Below, one piece after another: positions 45,601 to 54,714 of a DNA stretch of 64,000 nt. The translations under genes and the position numbers were made by a program. Each line of letters opens with the position of its first letter. Position 1 is the first letter of the stretch. Source of the stretch: Bacteroidota bacterium (GTDB taxonomy: Bacteria > Bacteroidota > Bacteroidia > Chitinophagales > Chitinophagaceae); assembly GCA_018267625.1 (NCBI GenBank), contig JAFDYC010000037.1:21736-85735 (forward strand). The letters run 5' to 3'. The notes beneath the pieces were generated by a model. The model had not been told where the DNA came from, made no database searches, and saw only the letters and a program-made list of their open reading frames with translations.

Positions 45601-47796
45601 GGTGCCCCCGTAGTTTTTGCTGGCAACACTGCGATAGTATGCGTAGAGATAATAATCGTCAAAACCCACGAAGCTTAAGTTGCAGCTTGCGAGCATGGTG
45701 AGTGCACCTGAGTTGGGCGACAGAATATAGTTTTCGGTGATCGTCCGGTTGATGGTGATGTCAAACATCTGAGAGACATCGCAACCTAAAGCCAGAAAAT
45801 TGATGACCCTGCCGGAATTGTTGTACGAATTCAAAGGAGGCAGTTCATAATCCAGAAGTACGGGTGAGCCATGCCCATAAAAGCTGATTTGTGAAAGCCC
45901 ACCCCGTAGCAATGAATCTACAAGCAGGGCATTCACTTGTTCAATCTGTGCGGAGGAGCCTTTAGCAAAGGTGTAGGTATGCCTTCCCGTGAAGGTGTCT
46001 GCCAATATTTTAGCTCCTTCAATCATGGTCGGCATCACTTGCTGGCTGATTTCATCGCTGCCGGTACCAATCAGGTGCATCACCCTTTTCTTCCACATTT
46101 CAGAAGCAACGCTGGGGAAAGCAGCAGGAGCAGATTGCTGCTCCACGGATTTTACTTTATCGAGGTACACCCCAATTTCATCAGGTGTCCAAACAGACAA
46201 ACGGCCGATGCCGATGCGCGGCTGATGCACCCCATTGAACATGACAAAATTTAAGTCGGAGCCCGGAATGCCATAAGTTGGAACCACAGGAAAAGGATAG
46301 GTACTGCGATTGGCAGCGTAAGACTTTCGTTGTGTGTATAAGATGCCCCTCCCAATCAAAAAGACTTCTTCAGGCCGGATACTCCAATTGTCATAAGCAA
46401 AATGAAGGAAGCGCTGGATGGCTAAGGGATGCAAATCCTGGCCATAGGCAAATTCATCATACAGCTCAGTAATATCGGCCACCTGCACCTGCCAGTTTCC
46501 GCCAGTAGCGGAATGCCTGTATTGTGCATAATCATCCACATAATTTCTGCCGTTCGAAACACGCATCAGGTCGGGGTGGCTGATGATAATGTAATTCCCT
46601 TGCTGTGCATTCCAGTTTGTAAACTGAAATTCTTTTAGTGGGCTCAACGCCGGGATGCCGGTTGCTGCATCACTTAGGACACAGAAGTCGCGGGTCGTTA
46701 CGGATGGGTCAAGATAGAATCGGGTTTTTCCGGCAATAGCTGTATTCCCTGCATACCATTTTTGATTGGTGATATCAAACAGCCGGGCAGCACCGAGGTT
46801 GCTAAATTCGAGATACTGCGCAGATCCTGTTGCAGGCAAAGAGAACCGGGCCTGTTGCAGTCCGCTCATGTCGAAGTTGCGGGGGTATTCCAGCGAAGCA
46901 CCTGAAATACCGAAATAATCATATGGAGAAGGGTTGCCGTTTGAAGTGAATGAACTGGCTTGAAACTTCAGTTGGTTATTGCCAGTAAGCGAAGCCGCCG
47001 GCACGCTCAGGCTAAAATGCTTTGCCTCTGCCACACCTGCTGAAGCGGTTGCGAGTTGCGAACCGTTAAACAACAGGTTTAGCTGGTGGGTATAATCGAA
47101 AGACCGAACGATAACGGAAGCATTCAATTGCCCGTTGACACCCGGCACCAGATTGGGTGTTGCCAGGTTGATACTCGGCACCGAGCTAATGCCATACTTC
47201 CCGTTGATATAACCTTCGCCTGCATCAAAAGACGGAGACCATAGGTCAATACTTCCTGCATAGCTTGGCCCGGGCATCCAGGTGTTGGTAGCCGAATAGC
47301 GGACGGTAGCCAGGCAATAAGGTGCTGCTGCCGGAGGTGTTACAGGAATATTATTTGGAATAGAAGCAAAGCGCAAATGGTTGTTTCCATTATCATAACA
47401 GAGGAAATAACTGGCAGAATCAGTAAATAAAGAAAGTTGGTCATTGGGCTGGTCATTGGGATTTTGGTAAAGCTCCTGGTCCAAAGAGCCGTCCGGGCCA
47501 TCGCCCCAAAACTGGATATAATCATTCGGCAACATCGTTTCTGCCGATACATACACCGGCAGCTCTTTCCCATCCCGGAACAACATGAAATTAGAACCCA
47601 CAACCTGGGTAGGCAGGCCTGCGGCATTCAATGTAGAACGGTATATCCGGAAGAAACCGCTGCTGCCTACCTTGAATTTGTAGTAGGTTTTGCTGTAGTC
47701 AATCCACTCATTGCCATAAGGGCCTGACTGAGCCCAAATCCGGATTCCGGGTAAGCCCAAAAGAAACAACAACAGGAAAATCAATCGCGTTTTCAT
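42688..47796 (-). CDS. Very large C25 (gingipain-fold) cysteine peptidase-like protein, PorU-like T9SS sortase paralog (PorU2-type)
   Basis: Signal peptide, then GPYGNEWIDYSKTYYKFKV. His-Cys dyad contexts FYGHGSP and FLALGCDVSQ. There is a C-terminal T9SS-CTD-like module NYPNPFSTATAF...WDGRDQYGQLLGNGVYLYRV. It lies directly downstream of a PorV/PorQ-family gene. Confidence 0.7.
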   Translation of the reverse strand: MKTRLIFLLLFLLGLPGIRIWAQSGPYGNEWIDYSKTYYKFKVGSSGFFRIYRSTLNAAGLPTQVVGSNFMLFRDGKELPVYVSAETMLPNDYIQFWGDGPDGSLDQELYQNPNDQPNDQLSLFTDSASYFLCYDNGNNHLRFASIPNNIPVTPPAAAPYCLATVRYSATNTWMPGPSYAGSIDLWSPSFDAGEGYINGKYGISSVPSINLATPNLVPGVNGQLNASVIVRSFDYTHQLNLLFNGSQLATASAGVAEAKHFSLSVPAASLTGNNQLKFQASSFTSNGNPSPYDYFGISGASLEYPRNFDMSGLQQARFSLPATGSAQYLEFSNLGAARLFDITNQKWYAGNTAIAGKTRFYLDPSVTTRDFCVLSDAATGIPALSPLKEFQFTNWNAQQGNYIIISHPDLMRVSNGRNYVDDYAQYRHSATGGNWQVQVADITELYDEFAYGQDLHPLAIQRFLHFAYDNWSIRPEEVFLIGRGILYTQRKSYAANRSTYPFPVVPTYGIPGSDLNFVMFNGVHQPRIGIGRLSVWTPDEIGVYLDKVKSVEQQSAPAAFPSVASEMWKKRVMHLIGTGSDEISQQVMPTMIEGAKILADTFTGRHTYTFAKGSSAQIEQVNALLVDSLLRGGLSQISFYGHGSPVLLDYELPPLNSYNNSGRVINFLALGCDVSQMFDITINRTITENYILSPNSGALTMLASCNLSFVGFDDYYLYAYYRSVASKNYGGTMGTHANFAYDSVTNNYIVNTGSSYPNSYSTQLESIILAGDPAVRFPSPSKPDFFLADYNLAAVPGNVSTSMDSFGLRVESYNLGKAVPDTVLVRVEHTNPAGATSVIASYTIPNLFFSDTSLIKIPVNKIADLGLNKYKVTIDAADKYDEVSEMNNTANLQLFIYSDNLVPVYPKEFAIVHNQGLTLKASILNAFRGPANYRIEMDTTILFNSPLKVSTRINSAGGVVKWKPDVQYRDSVVYYWRTALDSPANDLRWSNSSFVYLDKGSEGWNQSHFFQYQRDYPQGLDLDSDRVFHFPLVGNSLEVKNIVLCWDGNCNSTANDMQTFYNNSRIEQSSHSGVWNALSILVIDPATARIWMNSPSTTYGSTPPRPDGTGSWSRQFNLASQAGRIAAARFIDTIPDGDYIVVKNAFWHGISSPIYCIPAWKADTTVTGPGRSLYNSLYNLGFTKIDSFYRERVFIFMCRKNTPSFPIYQAVTDNLSDILRLDYTIEAPAPSGQYRSTVIGPAKSWQELKWKTFPLDTAGINDTATIAVIGVDKQGNETTLMPDVTGDTSLSNISVQQYPYLRLLWTSKDSISLTSPQLAYWRVLYQPVPEAALNPASFLSYSDSVSAGQTQNFSTAIENLTDLPMDSMLVRYRIVGANGTTHNLADIRYKPLAALDTIHVQYSFDPSDYPGSNLLFVEANPDDDQPEQYHPNNLGYLPFRVGIDTRNPLLDVTFDGIHILNGDIVSAKPFIKVMLKDENKFQALNDTSMLQLSLRTPADSFGGNAQPIPFDGQTCRFIPANPGGTNEAYIEYRPTLSQDGTYQLVVSGHDRAGNIAGGTSGNIGSSDYKISFTVDNKPSITRLLNYPNPFSTATAFVFTLTGSQIPSQLKIQILTVTGKVVREITRAELGPLHIGRNITEYKWDGRDQYGQLLGNGVYLYRVVTMLNGQDVDIRTDDANTQKRGGGIDRFFHNGWGKMYIMR

Positions 47797-47826
47797 AATA
47801 AAGAAATCAATTACTACGGGATAGGT

Positions 47827-49008
47827 TTAGCGAAGGATTGGAGCGCCGCTGGCAGGAGTTTCAACGGGTGTTGCCTGGGCAGGAATAGCAGCTTCCTGCC
47901 GGGCATGATGTTTCCCTTTGAAGATGTCTAAGCGGGCCGACACGATGTGGGAAAACAAAGGATTGCTTTGTGTTTGCAACGAAGTGTAGGCATAGTCCAC
48001 CATCAGGCCAGCTATGCGAAGGCCAATACCGGCAGAGGGTTGCCAGAGCGTGAATTGCTGCACATTGTTGCTGTCTCGGTCGTCCAGCACACGCTGAAAA
48101 TTGGAAACGCCGAGCCGTAAATACACAATGCCCTTGTACGAAATTTCCAGGCCGGCATGGGGGTCTAAGCTGAGGTCAGCATTGCTCACGAGGGTGTTTC
48201 GTCTTCCATCAGTGGTCAGGTCGGCATTCAGTTCCGCCAGCAGTTGCAGCTTGCTATCCGGCTTGGTGAAATACCGCCCAATTCCCAGGATAAACCGGGG
48301 TTTCATGACCTCATATGACTTTACCGGAATCTCATTTCCTGTTTGTCCAAACACCGCTTTTTCCTGGTCGGTCAGGTGGAAACTCCAGGCCGTTACGGTA
48401 GTAGTAATGTCTTTGGCGCTGATGCCAAAGCGCCAGCGCCCCAGGCTGCTTTGCAGGCCCAGGTCGAGGCCGGCACCCCAGGCATTAGCCATCGATCCGA
48501 TATGGCGATACAGCACTTTCAGGTTTGCGCCCAAGCGTGTTTGTAAACGGTGGCCGGGCTTGAGTGCCTGCGCATAAGAAACTAAAAAAGCATAATCGCC
48601 GGCGGAAATAGATTTCAATTTGGAATCATCGAAGGAGCCATCCGGCTGCACATAGTCTATAGTGTAGGCGATATCATCCGTTGCAAAACGAAAGGCGGAA
48701 ATGCCCAGGCAACGGTCTTTCCCTTTCAGAGGCATTGCCAGTCCGGCATAATCATATTTTGAATTACCGGCGAAATATTCTGCATGCATGAGCCCTACCT
48801 GAAGGTCTGGCTGGACGAGCATCAGGCCGGCCGGGTTCCAGTAGCCGGAAGTCACATCATTGCTGCTGGCAGCTACAGAACCGCCCATAGCCAGCGCCCT
48901 GCCTCCCACGCCGATGTTGAGGTACTCATTTACATACACCCTCTGTTGCGCATGAACCAGAGAGCCAAACAGACTTACACAACAAAGAGAAAAGAGCAGT
49001 CGCTTCAT
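47827..49008 (-). CDS. PorV/PorQ-family outer-membrane barrel (PorV2-type)
   Basis: Signal peptide and GGRALAMGGSVAASSNDVTSGYWNPAGL (the YWNPAGL hallmark). 393 aa. Confidence 0.75.
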   Translation of the reverse strand: MKRLLFSLCCVSLFGSLVHAQQRVYVNEYLNIGVGGRALAMGGSVAASSNDVTSGYWNPAGLMLVQPDLQVGLMHAEYFAGNSKYDYAGLAMPLKGKDRCLGISAFRFATDDIAYTIDYVQPDGSFDDSKLKSISAGDYAFLVSYAQALKPGHRLQTRLGANLKVLYRHIGSMANAWGAGLDLGLQSSLGRWRFGISAKDITTTVTAWSFHLTDQEKAVFGQTGNEIPVKSYEVMKPRFILGIGRYFTKPDSKLQLLAELNADLTTDGRRNTLVSNADLSLDPHAGLEISYKGIVYLRLGVSNFQRVLDDRDSNNVQQFTLWQPSAGIGLRIAGLMVDYAYTSLQTQSNPLFSHIVSARLDIFKGKHHARQEAAIPAQATPVETPASGAPILR

Positions 49009-49175
49009 AGTCCGGGTATAGAGGAAGTGGTAAGGGCACAGCGAATTTAATATACCATGTCTGTTTACATCTTTATCCGGCTTGTTATCGGCAGCTTAGG
49101 CAAGGAGCATGTTGTGCCCAAAAACGGATTATCAGTCTGAATATTATTCGAAGCCTAGGATCGATTCAGAAAGTA

Positions 49176-51608
49176 TCAGAAAGGATAGCCAATGGCCACT
49201 ACGGGCATCAGGTAACGAGCACGCCAGTTGCGGTCTCCCGGTCGAATCTGGTCAAAGACCCAGCCCCCGTTCTGTGCATAGTTGGGCGCTTTAATCGGGA
49301 TGCCCCAATCCGCCCGGATGACAAAGAGGCTGGCAATATCTACCCGCAAACCGAAGCCGGTATTTATTGCCAAATCATGCCCCAGTTCACTAAGCCGGAA
49401 TTCCCCCCCGGGGTAATCATTAGAAGGCTTGGCCAGCCAGATATTTCCTGCATCCAGGAAGATGGCTCCGTTGATGTGTAATGAGCCGCCAAAAAGCGGA
49501 ATCATATCAAAGCGGAATTCTGCATTTGCCTCTAGCTTGATGTCACCGGTACGGTCAATAAACGATACATCCGCATTGGTGCTGGTGTCCTGATAGGAAC
49601 CGGGACCTAATTGCCGCACACGCCATCCCCGAAGGCTGTAGGGGCCACCTACAAAGTATTGCTTCACGTAGGGCAGCACAGAGCTTTTATCATACGGGAT
49701 GCCCACTCCGGAAAAAAAACGGGTTGCCAGCATCGAATGATGCCGCCGAATGTAATGACGGGCATCCAATTCAAAACGGGCATATTGCGAATAGCGGAGG
49801 CCCAGCGAATGGTTCAGGTCAATAGCGGCATTCACTAAGCCCAATAAAGCTCCTGCTTCTTCTATTCCCGTGTGCACATAGCTATAGTGCCTTCTTGCTA
49901 TTGGGTCATTTTGATTTGAAAAGGTGAAGTACAAATTCTCCCCCTCGATCAATATTTCCTGATAAGTGTTGCGGAGGTATGCATTTGAATTGAGAAGGTC
50001 TTGAAAAGAACCTGAACGGTAAGGCAAGCGTAATACATTGACGAATAGCGGCGAAAAATCCCAGCTTTTCTTGCTGTCTTGTTTCCAATTGTAACCCAGG
50101 CTCAGCGCGGTGTTGATGAGTGTGAAATAATTCACCCGGTCTAACAGGCTGCTGCCGATTCCCAGCAGGGTATGTGTCTGGTTGGGGCGAATAATTTTTC
50201 CTAAAAAATTCGGTGCAATAAACTTGGGAAAATCAATGGTCGCATTGATGCCCACGTTTCGGGAAAGCAGGTAAAACCGGTCCAGGAATGATTTGCTGGC
50301 AATGGAATCATAACCCAGTTCCACACCTCCATTCAGGGAAATACTGAGCAGATTACCTCCCCGGCCCAGGTTGCGGTTTCGATAGTTGAGGCCGATACTG
50401 CTGCCCAGGCTGTAGGTCTGTCCATGCGTCACATCCAGGCCCACAGAAACGTCATATCGTTTCACAGGGCTCATCAGCACCGTCACTCGTAAAGACCGGT
50501 CTGCCGGCAATGTTGAGTCTTCCCGGACATATAGCTGCACATACTGAAACAAGCCCAGCCCATTCAGCTTTGTGATGCTTTGGTCGTAATCGTCTTGAGT
50601 AAAGAGCTGGCCGGGGCGAAGGAAAATCTGGTTCAGCAACACCCGGTCGTGCACATAGTAATGATGATACCGAAACACGGCGCCGTCCAGCATATGCTCT
50701 TCCATCGTGGAGTCATGAATATCTGCCCGGCTCACAAAATCAGGATATACATGCAAGCTTCCAATCTTAAAACGTTTGTATGCATCCCGCACGTTTTCGG
50801 CACGGATGCGAATGGTAAGGTCCACGGTTGGCTTTCTGCCGGCCTGCTGCTGCGCTAAAAAGTTGAGGGCACTTTCAAAAGGGTTTTCTACGTCGTGCAG
50901 CAAGCTTTTGTTGAATGTGTCTGCCTCTATATGCACGAACTCCGAACTGAATTTGAAATAGCCGTGGTTTTGAAGCACGTTCGCAATCCGGGTTCGCTCT
51001 TCATCGGCTATGGACATGGCAAAGGGGGTGCCGCTCTTTAAAGGGCTTTGCAGCATGCTGGCTTCTACAATAGCTCGAACAGCACTGTCATCAGCATCTA
51101 AACTGATTCGGTTGATAAGATACCTCAGCCCCGTTTTGACGGAATAGCGTACGGTCGCTTTACGTCGCTTACACACCATAGTGTCGTTCACTTCCGCATA
51201 GAAATACCCCTGGTTAAAGAGATATCCTTGCATATGCTGTTTGCTTTTTTCAGCAAGGATGCTGTCGTAAATAACCGGCCGCTCGACCGTTTTAATCTTC
51301 AACTGAAACTTCTCTGCAGCCGTGTCTCGCTGATAGCGCTTGTAACGCCCGTTGTAGAGCCAGACTTTGTACGGAAAAACACCCAGGAAGTAAGTGTTTG
51401 GTTTTTGGATTATCAGAGAACTGAGTGCATCGGAAAGCTCTCCCTTGTTGGTAAGGGTACGGTCGCTGGCCAATTGCAGGCTATTGCGCCGCAGCAGGCA
51501 GTCCTTGTCAGAAATATGGCGGGTTGTGTTGCAAGCTCCTAAAAACAATACCCCTGCAAAAGATAGCCGGCAGCAAGCAAGGGCAAGCGGGCGAATGAAT
51601 GACTTCAT
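49176..51608 (-). CDS. tamL: Omp85-superfamily lipoprotein, TamL-type (BamA/TamA family)
   Basis: Lipobox VLFLGAC, about 810 aa, POTRA-like N-terminal half, and a C-terminal barrel ending ...VVAIGYPF. Confidence 0.65.
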   Translation of the reverse strand: MKSFIRPLALACCRLSFAGVLFLGACNTTRHISDKDCLLRRNSLQLASDRTLTNKGELSDALSSLIIQKPNTYFLGVFPYKVWLYNGRYKRYQRDTAAEKFQLKIKTVERPVIYDSILAEKSKQHMQGYLFNQGYFYAEVNDTMVCKRRKATVRYSVKTGLRYLINRISLDADDSAVRAIVEASMLQSPLKSGTPFAMSIADEERTRIANVLQNHGYFKFSSEFVHIEADTFNKSLLHDVENPFESALNFLAQQQAGRKPTVDLTIRIRAENVRDAYKRFKIGSLHVYPDFVSRADIHDSTMEEHMLDGAVFRYHHYYVHDRVLLNQIFLRPGQLFTQDDYDQSITKLNGLGLFQYVQLYVREDSTLPADRSLRVTVLMSPVKRYDVSVGLDVTHGQTYSLGSSIGLNYRNRNLGRGGNLLSISLNGGVELGYDSIASKSFLDRFYLLSRNVGINATIDFPKFIAPNFLGKIIRPNQTHTLLGIGSSLLDRVNYFTLINTALSLGYNWKQDSKKSWDFSPLFVNVLRLPYRSGSFQDLLNSNAYLRNTYQEILIEGENLYFTFSNQNDPIARRHYSYVHTGIEEAGALLGLVNAAIDLNHSLGLRYSQYARFELDARHYIRRHHSMLATRFFSGVGIPYDKSSVLPYVKQYFVGGPYSLRGWRVRQLGPGSYQDTSTNADVSFIDRTGDIKLEANAEFRFDMIPLFGGSLHINGAIFLDAGNIWLAKPSNDYPGGEFRLSELGHDLAINTGFGLRVDIASLFVIRADWGIPIKAPNYAQNGGWVFDQIRPGDRNWRARYLMPVVAIGYPF

Positions 51609-51638
51609 GCGGCGGGAGCAAAGCGCGTTCCGGTAGCT

Positions 51639-52394
51639 TTGCCACCGGTGATCTCAAAGTCGCAAGTTAAAGATATTCGTTCCCTAAGCTCTGTGAAGGG
51701 AAGGCAAGAGCAGCATCGCTACCTGGTGGAAGGCGACAAGCTGTCCCGCGAATGGCTCCATCAGGGGAAAAACATCTGCCATGTCCTTGCCACCTCTTCC
51801 TGGCTTCGGGAACAGGAAGCCTTGCTGCAACAACATCCAGAGACTCTCATTCACGAAGTAACTCCGGATGAACTAGCCAGGGTTTCCACACAAAAAACAC
51901 CCCATGATGCCCTCTTAGTTGTTGCTCTTCCTGATTTTCAATACGCATTGCCGCAGCATGAATGGTGCATAGCATTGGACCGGCTGCAAGACCCTGGGAA
52001 TCTGGGTTCCATCCTGCGTATTGCCGATTGGTTTGGTATTGGTCATGTGGTATGCTCGCCCGGTTGCGCCAATTTTTTCAACCCAAAAGTGATTGCCGCA
52101 GGAATGGGCGCCCACCTGCGGGTAGCCTTGCACGAAACCTCGCTGGAGGCTTTCCTAGCGCAATGCCAAATGCCCGTGTTTGCTGCCGCCTTGCAAGGCA
52201 CTCCCATATCCCAATTCCCGAAACAGAAGGCAGCAACCCTGCTTATTGGAAATGAATCAACCGGTATTTATCCGGCATTGCTTCAAAGGGCTACGCACAA
52301 GGTGCATATCCCAGGCGGTGGCGGTGCTGAATCGCTGAACGCGGCAGTATCTGCGGGCATATTAGTAGCAGCCTTGTTTGGCGGTATCCGCTGA
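51639..52394 (+). CDS. TrmH/SpoU-family RNA 2'-O-methyltransferase
   Basis: GNLGSILRIADWFG, LLIGNESTGI and IPGGGGAESLNAAVSAGI. The track start is a TTG; an in-frame GTG at 51648 is an alternative. Confidence 0.8.
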   Translation: MPPVISKSQVKDIRSLSSVKGRQEQHRYLVEGDKLSREWLHQGKNICHVLATSSWLREQEALLQQHPETLIHEVTPDELARVSTQKTPHDALLVVALPDFQYALPQHEWCIALDRLQDPGNLGSILRIADWFGIGHVVCSPGCANFFNPKVIAAGMGAHLRVALHETSLEAFLAQCQMPVFAAALQGTPISQFPKQKAATLLIGNESTGIYPALLQRATHKVHIPGGGGAESLNAAVSAGILVAALFGGIR

Positions 52395-52557
52395 TAGCTT
52401 CCGCATTTTTTTTTGCTTTCGCTAGCGCGAAAATGGGAGCTGGATTTCCTGCTGTAATTTTTAAAAAATGAAAATTTTCTCAGGGCTAAAAAATGTATTT
52501 GGCACGCCGGTTGAAATAGCTGAGGCAACATTCGTTCACCCAAAAAATTTCAAAGCC

Positions 52558-53352
52558 ATGAAACAACTTCTTACCCTCCTTTTTGTGGCATTCAGCCTGG
52601 GCGCTTCTGCCCAAGACAACCGTATCAGTGAATTGCGCCTGCGCCTCAGTGATGGCAGCAACCTCGCTATCAGTCTGGATGGCCAACTCATCGCCCGCAA
52701 CACAAACTCCCTCACCCTCGATGGTATCGAACCAGGACGGCACCGAATAGAAGTCTATAGGGATAATGGCCGTCGCTCCCGGCTCCGCCGCATCATTACA
52801 ACAACGCTAAACCTCAGCCCTGCCACCTATAATGATGGTGTGGTGGATGTGCGGATGCGTAGGCTGCAATTGCACACGGTAGCAGCAAATGATGAGCTGC
52901 GTACGGATCAATCTTATGACCGATATGGCAACCGGAACGGAACATCGGATCGACGCCCCAATGATTACGACCCACTCAATGAGCAATCGGATCATGACTA
53001 TCGGGAAGGATATGGATCATACCCACGAGGCAGGGAAGGATACAATTCAAATGACTATTACACGCCGCGCTTCAGCGACCGCGACATGGAAGACCTGCGC
53101 AGCCGTGTGGCAAGCCGCATGATGGATGAAGACAAGGAAAAGCTCATGGAACAAGTCCTGAGTGACCGGATGGTGAGTACGACACAGGTTCGGCAAATGC
53201 TCGGCTGGCTGACGTTTGAATCTACAAAACTGGAGTTTGCCAAATGGGCTTATACCCGTGCCAGCGACCGCCGTGACTATTGGAAATTAGAAGATGCTTT
53301 CACTTTTGAGTCATCAAAAGACGAGTTCAATCAGGCCATCAGCGGACGGTAG
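52558..53352 (+). CDS. Secreted DUF4476-like protein
   Basis: The ATG at 52558 gives the signal peptide MKQLLTLLFVAFSLGASAQ. The C-terminal part VSTTQVRQMLGWLTFESTKLEFAKWAY...FTFESSKDEF fits the DUF4476 repeat pattern. Confidence 0.55.
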   Translation: MKQLLTLLFVAFSLGASAQDNRISELRLRLSDGSNLAISLDGQLIARNTNSLTLDGIEPGRHRIEVYRDNGRRSRLRRIITTTLNLSPATYNDGVVDVRMRRLQLHTVAANDELRTDQSYDRYGNRNGTSDRRPNDYDPLNEQSDHDYREGYGSYPRGREGYNSNDYYTPRFSDRDMEDLRSRVASRMMDEDKEKLMEQVLSDRMVSTTQVRQMLGWLTFESTKLEFAKWAYTRASDRRDYWKLEDAFTFESSKDEFNQAISGR

Positions 53353-53920
53353 CTAAAGACCATTTTTGGTTGAATAATGTACCCATCAGCAAGCCAATCG
53401 CTGAGCCAATAATTCCACCAACGATTACGTCGCCCGGCCAATGCACGCCTACGTACACCTGTGCATAGGACACCAACAAGGCCCAGGCAATAGGCAATGG
53501 CCAAAACCACCGCAGCCGAACACCGAGCGTAATGGCCATAAAGCTGCCCAGCGCGAAGTGGTTGGCTGCGTGATTAGAAGGGAAACTCCAGCCGCTGCTG
53601 CGCGGTACCAGCAAATGCACCAAGCCTGAAAATCGGGGGTCATTGCAGGGCCGGACACGCTGAATCCAAGGCTTGAGCACCGAGCCACAAACACTATCAG
53701 CCACGACAAAGCAGAGAAAGAAACCGAGACACCAGAGCCAGCCCCGCTTGCCAAAATTCCAGGGCATGAATACCAGGAGAAATAAATAGAGCGGCGCCCA
53801 GGTAAACTGGTTTCGGGCAAAGGGCATCAGCGCATCAAGCACTGGGCTGCGCCAGAGCACATGCAGGTAATGCCAAAGCTGAAAATCCAGACCAATAAGC
53901 CAGGCTTCCAGGCCATTCAT
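53339..53920 (-). CDS. PAP2-family phosphatase
   Basis: KPWIQRVRP, PSNHA and YVGVHWPGDV (the three PAP2 motifs). Confidence 0.8.
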   Translation of the reverse strand: MNGLEAWLIGLDFQLWHYLHVLWRSPVLDALMPFARNQFTWAPLYLFLLVFMPWNFGKRGWLWCLGFFLCFVVADSVCGSVLKPWIQRVRPCNDPRFSGLVHLLVPRSSGWSFPSNHAANHFALGSFMAITLGVRLRWFWPLPIAWALLVSYAQVYVGVHWPGDVIVGGIIGSAIGLLMGTLFNQKWSLATVR

Positions 53921-53925
53921 GAGCG

Positions 53926-54660
53926 CTATTTTTTAAACACCATTATCAGCCTGGGTGACTCGTCGGCATCAAAGGCATCTAAGTGATAATTTCCGAAAGT
54001 GGCTGCTAAAGTCATTCCGGCATTCTGAAATAAATGTTCGAAATCGTTCAGGCCAAATGCGGCAACCCGTTCTGTGTAATTGCGTGTTTGACCATTGGCA
54101 TCGGTAAAAGAAATTTCTTTCAGAAAATGCCCTTCTTCAATGCGCTTTCGGATATGAAAGGTGTAGCCTTCCCTCGTGATAGAATCTTCGGCTTTCATAC
54201 GGCGCATTGCGCGCTCGCTGTTGAGGTAGTCCAATACCAATGTGCCGCCTTTTTTCAGCCCTTTGGCAAATGATTTTGCAGCGAGCTGATGGTCGCGCAT
54301 GTACGCGAAATAGCCGAAGGAAGTGAAGAAATTGAAGGCGTAGTCGAAGTAGTTGACGTAAAGCGGCATCCGCATATCATGCACATAGAAGTGCAGGTTT
54401 TCTTGTTCGCTTTCCTTTGCTTTTAGGATGCTACGGTGCGAGAGGTCGATGCCCGTTACGTCAAAACCCTGATCCGCCAGTTCTATGGCAAATCGCCCTT
54501 CCCCACAGGCAATGTCAAACATGCGGCTGCCTGGTTGCGGATTAAAATACCGGATTAGATTGGCTACAAACTCTTCAGCCTCCAATTCGTCCCGATGCTG
54601 GTAAAGGATACTGTAGTATGGCGAGCCGAACCAGCGCTCAAACCAATTTGCGTCGGACAT
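53926..54660 (-). CDS. Class I SAM-dependent methyltransferase
   Basis: Motif I MFDIACGEGR. The start is taken at the ATG at 54660 (MSDANWFERWF...). Confidence 0.75.
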   Translation of the reverse strand: MSDANWFERWFGSPYYSILYQHRDELEAEEFVANLIRYFNPQPGSRMFDIACGEGRFAIELADQGFDVTGIDLSHRSILKAKESEQENLHFYVHDMRMPLYVNYFDYAFNFFTSFGYFAYMRDHQLAAKSFAKGLKKGGTLVLDYLNSERAMRRMKAEDSITREGYTFHIRKRIEEGHFLKEISFTDANGQTRNYTERVAAFGLNDFEHLFQNAGMTLAATFGNYHLDAFDADESPRLIMVFKK

Positions 54661-54714
54661 GAAAATGGAGGATTTAAACGCCGGCAAAGATACGTCCTCT
54701 TATACCGGAGTGTT

